DNA of 64,000 nt from Chthoniobacterales bacterium (GTDB lineage: Bacteria > Verrucomicrobiota > Verrucomicrobiia > Chthoniobacterales > UBA6821). The translations under genes and the position numbers were made by a program. A model generated the notes under the pieces. The model was given only the letters and a program-made list of their open reading frames with translations. It was not told where the DNA came from and ran no database searches. The DNA lies in assembly GCA_044236545.1 (NCBI GenBank), contig JBIIGI010000001.1:8557-72556 (forward strand). Direction: 5' to 3'. Positions 27,597-37,522 of the stretch are shown here, piece by piece; position 1 is the first letter of the stretch; the number at the start of each line of letters is the position of its first letter.

Positions 27597-30463
27597 TGAG
27601 CGCGGCTTCGGGACTCAACGATCTTGACAAAGTTTTCCGGCTCGGACGCTTCACCCGCCGTCATCTCGGTTCCGAGAACGAGGGCATCGGAGCGATGCTC
27701 TCCACGCTGGGATGCTCCACGCTTGAGGATCTGATCGCAAAGACCGTCCCCTCCGGGATCCGTCTGAAGCGCCAGCTTGATCTGCCCGCGGCTCTCTCCG
27801 AGGAGGAGGCGCTGGCCGAACTGCAGGGAATCGCCTCGCAGAACGAGAATCGCCCCACCTACATCGGCATGGGGTATAACGGAACGCATCTCCCCGCCGT
27901 GATCCGCAGGAACATCCTCGAGAATCCCGGCTGGTACACCGCCTACACTCCTTATCAGGCGGAGATCTCCCAAGGACGCATGGAGGCGCTCGTGAATTTC
28001 CAGACCATGGTCTGCGACCTGACCGGGATGGCGATCGCGAATGCCTCGATGCTCGACGAGGCCACGGCCGCCGCCGAGGCGATGGCCATGTGCCACGACC
28101 TCAAGGGGCAGGGGGGCGCCTCCCGCTTCTTTGTTTCCGAGGGGTGCCATCCCCAGACCATCTCCCTGCTGCGGACCCGCACAGAGCCCATAGGCATCGA
28201 GTTGATCGTCGGCGGGATCCACGACGTTCCCAATGACGGTCTCTGCGGCGGCATCGTGCAGTACCCCGCCACTGACGGGACGATCTCCGATCCGAAGCCC
28301 CTGATCGACGCGATCCATGCCGCGGGCGGGCTTGCCGTGGTTGCTAGCGACCCACTTGCACTGGTCCTGTTCAAGGCCCCCGGAGAGTTCGGTGCCGACA
28401 TCGTTGTCGGATCGACCCAGCGCTTCGGAGTCCCGATGGGATACGGTGGCCCTCACGCGGCCTACCTCGCCGTGCGCGACGAATTCAAGCGCCGCCTGCC
28501 CGGACGCCTGGTCGGCATCTCCCGCGACGCCGACGGCAACCCCGCCTACCGACTCACGCTCCAGACCCGAGAGCAGCACATCCGCCGCGAGAAGGCGACG
28601 AGCAACATCTGCACCGCCCAGGTCCTCCTCGCCGTCATCGCCTCGATGTACGCCGTTTATCACGGCCCCAAGGGACTGCGCGAGATCGCCGAGAGGGTTC
28701 ATCTTCAGGCGCTCAAGCTTGCGGCCTCGCTGGCCAAGGCGGGATGGCAGGTTTCCAAGGGTCCCTTCTTCGACACCGTCTGCGTCACGATGACCCCGGC
28801 GGAGTCGGCATCACTCCGTTCCCGCGCGGAGCATGTCGGCATCAATCTCCGCTACCTCGGCGAGACCGCCGTGACCGTCTCCCTCGACGAGACCACCGCT
28901 TCGGTCGACCACCTTGCCGATCTCTTCGGCACCGTGCCGGGGAATGCCGTCAACGACGCGCTCGCTTGGCAGACGCCTGATGCCCTGCGCCGCTCGACGC
29001 CGATCCTCACCCATCCGGTCTTCAACTCCTACCACACCGAGACCGAGATGCTGCGTTACCTGCGCCGCCTCGAGGCCAAGGATCTCTCGCTGACCACCTC
29101 CATGATCCCGCTCGGATCATGCACGATGAAGCTCAACGCGACCTCCGAGATGCTCCCCGTTACCTGGGAGAAGATCGGGGGACTGCACCCCTTCGTGCCG
29201 GTCTCCCAAGCCAAGGGGTACGCCGTCATGTTCCGCCAGCTCGAGCAGTGGCTCTCCGAGGTCACCGGATTCCATGCCGTCTCCCTCCAGCCCAATGCCG
29301 GCTCTCAGGGGGAGTATGCTGGGCTTCTTGTGATCCGCGCCTACCACAGGTCGCGCGGTGACCATCACCGGAACGTCTGCCTGATCCCCACCTCCGCCCA
29401 CGGCACCAATCCCGCAAGTGCCGCGATGGTCGGCATGGAAATCGTCGGCGTCGCCTGCGACGACGAGGGGAATGTCGACGTCGCGGACCTGAAGGCCAAG
29501 ATCGCCGCGCATCGCGACCGGCTCTCCGCCCTCATGGTCACTTATCCCTCGACCCATGGTGTCTTTGAGTCACACATCAAGGAGATCTGCGCGATGATCC
29601 ATGAGGCCGGAGGACAGGTCTACATGGACGGGGCCAACATGAATGCCCAGGTTGGTCTTTGCAGTCCCGGCGACATCGGGGCCGATGTCTGCCACCTCAA
29701 TCTTCACAAGACTTTCTGCATCCCTCACGGCGGCGGCGGTCCCGGCGTCGGCCCGATCGGTGTCGCCGAGCATCTCGTCCCCTTCCTTCCCGGACACTCC
29801 GTGATCCCGACCGGCGGATCGCAGGCCGTGACCGAAGTGAGCGCCGCCCCCTGGGGAAGTGCCAGCATCCTGGTCATCAGCTGGATGTATCTCCGCATGA
29901 TGGGGCCGGATGGTCTCGCCATGGCCAGTGCCCTTTCTATCCTCAATGGCAACTACATCGCCAAGCGTCTCGAGACCTTCTTCCCCGTCCTCTACAAGGG
30001 TGAGAATGGCACTGTCGCCCACGAGTGCATCCTCGATTTCCGCGAGTGGAAGACCCGCGCCGGCGTCGAGGTCGAGGACATCGCCAAGCGCCTCATGGAT
30101 TTCGGCTTCCATGCCCCGACGATGAGCTGGCCCGTCCCCGGCACCCTCATGGTTGAACCGACCGAGAGCGAGTCCAAGGAGGAACTCGACCGCTTCTGCG
30201 ACGCCATGATCGTGATCCACGGCGAACTCACCTCCATCGAGAAGGGGTCACTCGACCGCGACGATAACCCCCTCAAGCGTGCTCCCCATACAGCCGCCAC
30301 CGTCACCTCCGACGACTGGACTAGGCCCTATTCACGCCAGCAGGCCGCATGGCCGGCTCCCTGGCTCAGGAACCACAAGTTTTGGCCGTCGGTGTCGAGG
30401 GTGGATAATGTGTATGGGGATAGGAATATTTTCTGCTCCTGTTTGCCCGTTGTCCAGTGGTAG
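27596..30463 (+). CDS. gcvP: glycine dehydrogenase (decarboxylating), single-chain P protein
   Basis: ATG 27596 overlaps the gcvH stop (TGATG). 955 aa. Contains [16 protein letters not shown] and [16 protein letters not shown] (PLP lysine). Confidence 0.95.
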   Translation: MSAASGLNDLDKVFRLGRFTRRHLGSENEGIGAMLSTLGCSTLEDLIAKTVPSGIRLKRQLDLPAALSEEEALAELQGIASQNENRPTYIGMGYNGTHLPAVIRRNILENPGWYTAYTPYQAEISQGRMEALVNFQTMVCDLTGMAIANASMLDEATAAAEAMAMCHDLKGQGGASRFFVSEGCHPQTISLLRTRTEPIGIELIVGGIHDVPNDGLCGGIVQYPATDGTISDPKPLIDAIHAAGGLAVVASDPLALVLFKAPGEFGADIVVGSTQRFGVPMGYGGPHAAYLAVRDEFKRRLPGRLVGISRDADGNPAYRLTLQTREQHIRREKATSNICTAQVLLAVIASMYAVYHGPKGLREIAERVHLQALKLAASLAKAGWQVSKGPFFDTVCVTMTPAESASLRSRAEHVGINLRYLGETAVTVSLDETTASVDHLADLFGTVPGNAVNDALAWQTPDALRRSTPILTHPVFNSYHTETEMLRYLRRLEAKDLSLTTSMIPLGSCTMKLNATSEMLPVTWEKIGGLHPFVPVSQAKGYAVMFRQLEQWLSEVTGFHAVSLQPNAGSQGEYAGLLVIRAYHRSRGDHHRNVCLIPTSAHGTNPASAAMVGMEIVGVACDDEGNVDVADLKAKIAAHRDRLSALMVTYPSTHGVFESHIKEICAMIHEAGGQVYMDGANMNAQVGLCSPGDIGADVCHLNLHKTFCIPHGGGGPGVGPIGVAEHLVPFLPGHSVIPTGGSQAVTEVSAAPWGSASILVISWMYLRMMGPDGLAMASALSILNGNYIAKRLETFFPVLYKGENGTVAHECILDFREWKTRAGVEVEDIAKRLMDFGFHAPTMSWPVPGTLMVEPTESESKEELDRFCDAMIVIHGELTSIEKGSLDRDDNPLKRAPHTAATVTSDDWTRPYSRQQAAWPAPWLRNHKFWPSVSRVDNVYGDRNIFCSCLPVVQW

Positions 30464-30573
30464 GCATGGGATTTTGAACGGCACTTTGCTGCCGCAATGC
30501 GCTGCCGCCCCCGTATCTCGAAAATGATGTAGGCTTTGGAGATCAGCGGCACTGATGCCGTTGGTAACCAGAT

Positions 30574-30603
30574 CCCAGAGGGGGCCGGCCGGCCCCCTCT
30601 GGG
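30574..30603. repeat. perfect 30-nt GC-rich palindrome (stem-loop) downstream of gcvP
   Basis: cccagagggggccgg|ccggccccctctggg: all 15 pairs verified by hand. Flanked by a second complementary pair, gatgcc (30554-30559) and ggcatc (30604-30609). Confidence 0.9.
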
Positions 30604-30758
30604 GGCATCGGTGAGGTTGATTCGCCCCGGCACGTTTTTAGTGCGTCCGTTAGCTGAACCCTCCGATGCTTTTGGTTCGAACTTGAACAGTTGCCTGAAC
30701 CCTCCGAGAGCCAAGGCTCAAGGAGAGAGAGTTCGACTGCAACTTTTTCCCGCTGCTG

Positions 30759-32201
30759 GTGTTCTTGCTGGTGATGCTCTCACCCATTCCAGAGAAGCGC
30801 TGGGATCGCACGCTCGCCGCTCACCTGCTCAATAGGGCCGGTTTCGGCGGGACGCCGGATCAGGTCGATCAACTGGTTGCCATGGGGCCCCGCAAGGCGG
30901 TGGATTCGTTTCTGGATGTGGATGACGAGAGCCCCCTTTTTCCGATTCCCAACCTGCTTGATCCTCCTGCCAGGCTTCTCTTTAAACAGCGTGAAAAGGA
31001 TGCCCCCACGGTGGAGGAGAAGCAGGCCGTCCGCAAGGAACTCAATCAGGCCAACGCTTTATCCATGATCGATCTGAGGATCTGGTGGTTGAACCGGATG
31101 AGGTACTCCTTCGTACCCCTGCTGGAGAAGGCGACGTTCTTTTGGCATGGGCATTTCGCCACGAGCAACCAGAAGGTCAACGATCCTTTCCTGATGTGGT
31201 ATCAGAACGATACCCTCCGTAGGCACGCCCTTGGGAAGTTTCCCGATCTTCTCAAGGCGATGTCCCGTGATCCCGCGATGATCCGGTGGCTCGATCTGGG
31301 CCAGAGCCGCAAGAATCATCCCAACGAAAACTTCGCCCGCGAAGTCATGGAACTCTTCTCGCTGGGCGAGGGGAATTACACCGAGAAAGACATCCAGGAA
31401 TCCTCCCGCGCCTTCACCGGTTACAGGATTAAGCCGGAGACGGGTGCCTTTTACTTTCAGAAACGTGACTTCGACGCCACCCCGAAGACCTTCTTAGGAA
31501 AGACGGGACCGTTCACCGGCGATGACATCATCGATATCATTGTCGCGCAACCTCAGTGCGCGCGATTTATCGGAAAGAAGCTCTGGAGCTTTTTCGTCGC
31601 TACCGATCCTCCCGAGGAGGTCGTTTCGGCTGTTGCCGATCTCCTTCTCTCCAACGGATATGATATCGGAGAGACCCTGCGGAGGATCTTCGGAAGCGCC
31701 TCCTTCTATTCCAGTCGCATCATCCACCACCAGATCAAGGGGCCTGTCCAGTGGATGATCCAGAGCACTCGGATGCTCGAGATCCCGTTGCCCGATCAGA
31801 GCGTCCTGGAGAATTCCCTCTCCATGCTGGGGCAGGTGATCTTCTCCCCGCCCAACGTGAAGGGTTGGGATGGCGGACGCGCCTGGATCAGTGCCTCAAG
31901 CCTTCTCTACCGTTACAATCTGGCCTCTTACCTCCTCAGTGGCAAAGCCCGCATCCTCGGCGGTGGCAGCGGGAAGACAGCGGTCATTCCCTTGGAAAAG
32001 ATCGCGCCGCAGGAACTGCGCATCGATGCGGACCGATTACTGGATCATCTTGCCTTCAGGATTTTCAATTATTCCATTCTCCCCAAGGAAAGGGCGACCT
32101 ATCTCACCTTCCTGCAGAAGCAGGCGGCTCCCTATTCCGACACCGTGGTCCGTGATCTCATGCAGATCATGATGAGCACGCCGGAATACCAGCTCAATTA
32201 A
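30759..32201 (+). CDS. DUF1800 domain-containing protein
   Basis: Family-typical blocks WDRTLAAHLLNRAGFGGTP, FWHGHFATS and HPNENFAREVMELFSLGEGNYTE. Start uncertain (GTG 30759, GTG 30771 or ATG 30774). Confidence 0.8.
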   Translation: MFLLVMLSPIPEKRWDRTLAAHLLNRAGFGGTPDQVDQLVAMGPRKAVDSFLDVDDESPLFPIPNLLDPPARLLFKQREKDAPTVEEKQAVRKELNQANALSMIDLRIWWLNRMRYSFVPLLEKATFFWHGHFATSNQKVNDPFLMWYQNDTLRRHALGKFPDLLKAMSRDPAMIRWLDLGQSRKNHPNENFAREVMELFSLGEGNYTEKDIQESSRAFTGYRIKPETGAFYFQKRDFDATPKTFLGKTGPFTGDDIIDIIVAQPQCARFIGKKLWSFFVATDPPEEVVSAVADLLLSNGYDIGETLRRIFGSASFYSSRIIHHQIKGPVQWMIQSTRMLEIPLPDQSVLENSLSMLGQVIFSPPNVKGWDGGRAWISASSLLYRYNLASYLLSGKARILGGGSGKTAVIPLEKIAPQELRIDADRLLDHLAFRIFNYSILPKERATYLTFLQKQAAPYSDTVVRDLMQIMMSTPEYQLN

Positions 32202-32365
32202 TGGGTAATGATAAAAAGAGAGAATCAACCCATGGCGCCCACCCAAAGTCCGTGCCAACCTATCTTTAGGAGCCGCTGTCTCCTAACAGCCTCCCTGCCG
32301 GCTCACCTCAGTACCCCTTTCACGTTTAACCTTCCCCTGCTCCGCCTCTCCACCCCCACCAATCC

Positions 32366-33700
32366 ATGAAAACCCCCAAGGAACAACCGCTCCATACGCG
32401 AAGAGAGTTTCTCAGGACTTCCGTTCTGGGTGGGGCCTTGGCATCCACGGTGCCGCTCTTTCTGGAGAAGACCTTTCTCTGCCTCGACACCATGGCGGCG
32501 GCAACAACCGGTCAGATCACCACCGGGAAAGATGGGACCATCCTTGTGCTGCTCCAGCTTGCCGGTGGGAACGACGGGCTCAACACGCTGGTCCCGTTTG
32601 GAGACGACGCCTACTACAAGGCTCGTCCCCGTATCGCGCTACCCCAAAAGGATATCCTCTCGATCTCCGACTATGCGGGTCTCCATCCCAAGCTGACGGG
32701 GTTGCACACCCTCTACGGCGAAGGAAATCTCGCCATGATCCAGGGCGTGGGCTATCCGAATCCGAACCGATCCCATTTCCGTTCCACCGAGATCTGGCAG
32801 ACCGCCAGTGATGCGGAAAAAAACGAGTCGGAGGGATGGCTGGGCCGCTACTTCGACAACTGCTGTAATGGTGCCGATCCCTCCATGGTGGGGATTGCCG
32901 TGGCCGGGCAGACGCCTCAGGCCTTTGCATCGCCGAATCCAAAGGGGATCGCTTTCAGCAATCCCCAGCAGTTCCGCTACATGAGCGAGGCGGCCAGCGA
33001 TCCTTCCTCCGCAGACAGATTGATGAGGGAAATGAACCAACCCGCCGCCGAGCATTCCTCTCTGACTGAAAATGCCGGCGGATCCATCGGGATGCTCTCC
33101 GGGCCCGCTGATAACGACGGCAGCACGGTCGAGTTTCTCCAGCGGACGGCACTCGGTGCACAGATGAGCAGCGACAGGATCGTGGAGATCACGCGGATGA
33201 CAAAAAGCAGCGTGAACTACCCGACCTCACAACTCGGGATTAGACTCAACCTCGTCTCCCGTCTGATTGCCGGGGGGCTTCCCACCCGCGTGTACTATGT
33301 GTCGCAGGGCGGGTTCGACACGCACGCCAACCAACTTCCAGCGCACGAGCGCCTCATGACGGATCTGAACGCCGCTATCTCCTCGTTCGTGGCAGACCTC
33401 AAGGCCCAGGGGAATTTCAACAGGGTCCTCATGCTTTCGTTCAGCGAATTCGGAAGGCGAGTTTCCGAGAATGCGAGCGGTGGTACCGATCACGGTGCGG
33501 CGGCCCCGCTCTTCGTTCTTGGAGGGGGAGTCAAGCCGGGGTTGTATGGGAAGTATCCTAGCCTGACCGACCTTCATGACGGCGATCTGAAGTTCAATAC
33601 CGACTTCCGCTCGGTTTACGCAACGGTACTGGAAAAATGGCTTGGAGCACCGAGCGGAGAGATCCTCGGCCGGACATTCCCACTCCTGCCATTCATTTGA
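32366..33700 (+). CDS. DUF1501 domain-containing protein (sulfatase/alkaline-phosphatase-like fold) with twin-arginine signal
   Basis: Tat-like N-terminus TRREFLRTSVLGGALAS. Also GGNDGLNTLVP, HFRSTEIWQT, GGFDTHANQ and GGTDHG blocks typical of DUF1501. Confidence 0.85.
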   Translation: MKTPKEQPLHTRREFLRTSVLGGALASTVPLFLEKTFLCLDTMAAATTGQITTGKDGTILVLLQLAGGNDGLNTLVPFGDDAYYKARPRIALPQKDILSISDYAGLHPKLTGLHTLYGEGNLAMIQGVGYPNPNRSHFRSTEIWQTASDAEKNESEGWLGRYFDNCCNGADPSMVGIAVAGQTPQAFASPNPKGIAFSNPQQFRYMSEAASDPSSADRLMREMNQPAAEHSSLTENAGGSIGMLSGPADNDGSTVEFLQRTALGAQMSSDRIVEITRMTKSSVNYPTSQLGIRLNLVSRLIAGGLPTRVYYVSQGGFDTHANQLPAHERLMTDLNAAISSFVADLKAQGNFNRVLMLSFSEFGRRVSENASGGTDHGAAAPLFVLGGGVKPGLYGKYPSLTDLHDGDLKFNTDFRSVYATVLEKWLGAPSGEILGRTFPLLPFI

Positions 33701-33739
33701 TTCTCCTGGCCGGATGAAGCGGGAAGTAAAGTCGGTGTC

Positions 33740-34900
33740 TTATCGCGGCACTCCCCGCATGATCGTTGCCATAAAAAGGATCGCTGCAAGGAGCGGAGGA
33801 GCGTAAGGCAGAAGGACGCCCTGACTCAGAGCGAGGGGTGTTCCCGCGATGGTCAGGATGAGGAGGGTGATGGCAACACCAAGTGTTGTGGAGCGCGGGA
33901 ACCGGCCTGATGCAAACAAGCCAATGATCAGGAATGCGGCGATCATCGCCTGGACGCTCAGTGGCAAACGTCCGATTGCGATGTTCTCCCGGATCCCGGC
34001 GATGCGCGATAAAAGCCCCTCATCGCCTGCCGAGCCGATCACCACGGTAGCGCCTTCCCAGAGTGTCTCGAAATCGGGACGGAGCATTCCCCGTTCCTTC
34101 TCCTCGATGCGCAGCAGGAAAAGATCCATCGGCACGACCCTGACGGGTGAGAGCGGTGGCATCACGTTCAAGGCGCCTTCAGAAAGGATGAGGGGGGCGT
34201 GATTCTGAAAAAGGAGCAATCTTCCCCCAACGAGCCAGAAGGGCCCCGTGACTTCCGACGGGAGGAGCATCTCCCACCAGATGGATCCGGCGACATCCCC
34301 GGAATCCGTGATCCTGAGAAGCGGAAACAAATATTCTCCATAAGATGAGGGGAAGGATTGCTTTCCATCTGGAACGACTTTTCCCTTAATCCCCGGGAGC
34401 GGACTCTCCAGGTTGAGCGGTGCTGGCGGAGTGTATCTGCAGAGGGGAACGGGAAGCCAGAGACTCTGCTCCGAAGGGAGGCTACCCACGATGACCCTGA
34501 TTCCGTTTTCCCGGAGGCGCCCGTGGATGGCATCCAGGAGAGTCCGTGAATCGGGATCCTTGTTCACGTTGCCAAGGATGACAATCCGTGAGGGGTTGAG
34601 TTTTCCCAGACCACGCAGGGCCATTGCGACATCGAGGGGAGCAAGTCCTCCCCGGTCGGACACGACCGAAAGCAGGATGGTTTTTGGAGCAGAGGGAAGG
34701 AAGCCCGAGGGGAGAAAACGGCGGGCTTGTGATACGGAGAAGGGCTCAAGCCCGAAGGCTTGCAGGAGAGCCGCCATGGCAATCAGCACGGCGCCGACAT
34801 AGGCAATCCACTTTCCACGGGGGGCGCCATGTCCCTTCTTCTCCTCGCTGCCGTATGAACCCGCTGAGGGAGTATCCTCCCTGTGATCATGATGAGCCAT
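33740..34900 (-). CDS. membrane protein, possibly a stand-alone CHASE2-like sensor domain (no output domain)
   Basis: One N-terminal TM helix, a ~270-aa extracytoplasmic region and C-terminal TM helices. The ILLSVVSD...LAPLDVAMALRGLGKLNPSRIVI and ATVVIGSAGDEG blocks are reminiscent of CHASE2. By-eye judgement only. Confidence 0.4.
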   Translation of the reverse strand: MAHHDHREDTPSAGSYGSEEKKGHGAPRGKWIAYVGAVLIAMAALLQAFGLEPFSVSQARRFLPSGFLPSAPKTILLSVVSDRGGLAPLDVAMALRGLGKLNPSRIVILGNVNKDPDSRTLLDAIHGRLRENGIRVIVGSLPSEQSLWLPVPLCRYTPPAPLNLESPLPGIKGKVVPDGKQSFPSSYGEYLFPLLRITDSGDVAGSIWWEMLLPSEVTGPFWLVGGRLLLFQNHAPLILSEGALNVMPPLSPVRVVPMDLFLLRIEEKERGMLRPDFETLWEGATVVIGSAGDEGLLSRIAGIRENIAIGRLPLSVQAMIAAFLIIGLFASGRFPRSTTLGVAITLLILTIAGTPLALSQGVLLPYAPPLLAAILFMATIMRGVPR

Positions 34901-34931
34901 GGGGTCTTCGGCTTGTCGGTCCTCCGGTCCC

Positions 34932-36644
34932 CTATTTCCGGGCCTTCTTGGAAGCCTTGGAAGAAGTGCCTGTCGGCTCTGTCCCTCCCTTCAGCAGGGT
35001 GGTGGCATGCGCCTTGGCCGAATCGGTGACGCCACCCAGCATCCGGGCGATCTCGGCGATCCGCTCTCCTCCCTCGATGGGTGACAGCGTTGTTTCGGTG
35101 CGACCCTCCTTCACCGACTTGATCACCATGAACTGGGCGGCGGCTGCCGCGGCGACCTGCGGCAGGTGGGTGATGCAGAGCACCTGATGACCGGTGCCGA
35201 GTTCACTCATCTTGGAGGCGACACGGGTTGCGATCTCCCCGCCGACATTCGCATCGATCTCGTCGAAGACCAGAAGCGGGATCCTGTCCTGATCGGCCAA
35301 CGCCGTCTTGAGCGCCAGCATGACGCGGGAGATCTCGCCGCTGGAGGCGATGGAGCGGAGCGGTTGGACAGGCTCTCCCGGGTTCGGGGCGAAAAGGAAC
35401 TCCGCCATCTCGGCACCATCGGGACCCGGTTCTTCCTGGGCATCGAGCCTGATCTCGAAACCCGCCTGCTTGAAACCCAGATCCGTGAGTTCCCCGACGA
35501 CACGCTTCGAGAGGGCCTTGGCCCCGTCACGACGCTTCACTCCCAGTCTGGCGGCTGCCTTGTGCATCTTTGCGGATGCCTCCTCCAGCTGTTTGAGCGC
35601 GGCGGCCCGGAGTTCCGTCATCCCGGAAAGACGCTCCAGCTGCTTTGCTGATTCTTCCCCGCGCGCAATGACATCCGCGAGGGTTGGGCCGTATTTCCTT
35701 CGCAGAGTCGCCAGGAGGTTGATCCTCTCCTCGAGTTGCTGAAGTTCCCCTGCATCGACTTCAATGGTCTCGGCGTAGTCGCGAAGATCCGAAATCAGCG
35801 AATCCATGTCGCCGGTGATCCGTTCCAACGTCTCCAGATGAGGGGATGTACGGACATCGAGGCGGCCGAGATCCCGGAGCAGGCGGGTGCTTTCGGCCAG
35901 GGCCTTCGTCGCACCCAGTTCCTCGTTATCCAGACGCCCCACGGCGGTTGCCGAAAGTTCGATGAGGCGACGGCTGTTGGAAGCCGCCTTGTACCGTTGG
36001 TTGAGATCATCCTCCTCTCCCGCGGAAAGCCCCGCCGAGGTGATCTCCGCCACTTCCTCACGGAGTTGATTGATCCGGTCATCGCCACCGGATGTGGACT
36101 CGAGTTCTTCCAAGGCTCGACGCGCCGAGGTCATGGCAGTGCGGCATTCCATATAGGCACCGCGTTCCGGGAGCGCCTCGCTGAAGCGGTCGAGGAGAAG
36201 CGTCTGCTCACGCCGGGAAAAAAGCGACTGGTGATCATGGGGGCCGTGGAGATCGATAAGCCGTCTCCCCAGTTCCTTGAGAACCGAGAGGTTGCAGGGG
36301 CTTCCGTTGATGAACTGCCGGCCGGCCCCCTCGGCGGCGATCGTCCGCTTCAGGATCAGCTCCCCCTCCTGACAGGTATCCACGCCATGTTCCTCAAGAA
36401 GGGTGTCGATCTCAGAGGTCTCACCCAGCGTGAAGAGGGCCTCGATTCCCGCGGAGGTCGCGCCGGATCTGACGACCCCTCGGTCGGCCCGTTCCCCGAG
36501 AAGGAATTTGAGCGCTCCGAGAATGATGGATTTTCCCGCCCCGGTTTCACCGGTGACGGCCGTGAAGCCGGCGGGCAGATCCCACTCGAGTTCCTCCACG
36601 AGGGCGAGATTTCTGATTCGGAGAGATCGGAGCATTGCCGACAT
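34932..36644 (-). CDS. recN: DNA repair protein RecN
   Basis: N-terminal LRSLRIRNLALVEELEWDLPAGFTAVTGETGAGKSI (Walker A), long coiled coil, C-terminal SGGE signature and LLVFDEIDANVGG (Walker B). Alternative start ATG 36635. Confidence 0.9.
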   Translation of the reverse strand: MSAMLRSLRIRNLALVEELEWDLPAGFTAVTGETGAGKSIILGALKFLLGERADRGVVRSGATSAGIEALFTLGETSEIDTLLEEHGVDTCQEGELILKRTIAAEGAGRQFINGSPCNLSVLKELGRRLIDLHGPHDHQSLFSRREQTLLLDRFSEALPERGAYMECRTAMTSARRALEELESTSGGDDRINQLREEVAEITSAGLSAGEEDDLNQRYKAASNSRRLIELSATAVGRLDNEELGATKALAESTRLLRDLGRLDVRTSPHLETLERITGDMDSLISDLRDYAETIEVDAGELQQLEERINLLATLRRKYGPTLADVIARGEESAKQLERLSGMTELRAAALKQLEEASAKMHKAAARLGVKRRDGAKALSKRVVGELTDLGFKQAGFEIRLDAQEEPGPDGAEMAEFLFAPNPGEPVQPLRSIASSGEISRVMLALKTALADQDRIPLLVFDEIDANVGGEIATRVASKMSELGTGHQVLCITHLPQVAAAAAAQFMVIKSVKEGRTETTLSPIEGGERIAEIARMLGGVTDSAKAHATTLLKGGTEPTGTSSKASKKARK

Positions 36645-36730
36645 GCCCGTGACTATGCCATCGGGGGGAGGGAAGTTGAAGCGTTCAGTTAACCTTTCAC
36701 TTTTTACCTTTCACCTTTAACTATTACACA

Positions 36731-37522
36731 ATGTCGTCATTGGATCTCACCTTCCTCGGAACAGGGACCTCCCAGGGAGTTCCGATGATCGGCTGTGATT
36801 GTCCTGTCTGCCGCTCCCTGGATCCTAGGGACCACCGAGGCCGCACCTCCCTTCTGGTGAGGGCGCCTGACAGGCATTTTGTGATCGATACGCCGCCCGA
36901 TTTCCGCGCCCAGTGCCTGCGCGAGGGGATCAGGCGCCTTGATGCGGCGCTCTTCACCCATGCCCACACGGACCACATCATGGGGTTTGACGACATGCGC
37001 CGCTTCTGCGAGATGGAGGACCGCAAGATGCCCGTCTTTGCCTCACCTTTGACGATGGGGCAACTCAGGAGCACGTTCCGCTATGCCTTTGACGATCCTC
37101 AACCTTGGAAGAATTACCTTCGCCTTGCCCCCGAGGAGATCCGCGGGCCCTTCCAACTCGGGGAGACCACGGTCATTCCCGTTGATCTCCCCCATGGGAG
37201 AACCACCTCCACCGGCTACGTCCTCCAACGGGGTGATCGGAAACTGCTCTCCTACTTCACCGACTGTTCCTCCGTCCCCCCAGAGGCAGTGCAGGCGGCC
37301 CATGAGACCGAGGTGCTCGTCCTTGACGCGTTGAGGGACGCCCCTCATCCCACCCACATGAACTTTGAACAAGCCCTTGAGGCGGCCGGGGCAATTTCGC
37401 CGGGAAGGACCTACCTGGTCCATCTCTGCCATGAGGTTTCGCATGCCAGAAAGCAGGCCGAACTTCCGGAAGGATGCCTCTTGGCTCATGACGGCCTGAC
37501 GATCAGGGTGGGGGAGAGATGA
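36731..37522 (+). CDS. MBL-fold metallo-hydrolase (PhnP/GPMB-like)
   Basis: LTFLGTGTSQGVP...CDCPVC zinc-ribbon-like insert and HxHxDH motif (THAHTDH). Confidence 0.8.
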   Translation: MSSLDLTFLGTGTSQGVPMIGCDCPVCRSLDPRDHRGRTSLLVRAPDRHFVIDTPPDFRAQCLREGIRRLDAALFTHAHTDHIMGFDDMRRFCEMEDRKMPVFASPLTMGQLRSTFRYAFDDPQPWKNYLRLAPEEIRGPFQLGETTVIPVDLPHGRTTSTGYVLQRGDRKLLSYFTDCSSVPPEAVQAAHETEVLVLDALRDAPHPTHMNFEQALEAAGAISPGRTYLVHLCHEVSHARKQAELPEGCLLAHDGLTIRVGER

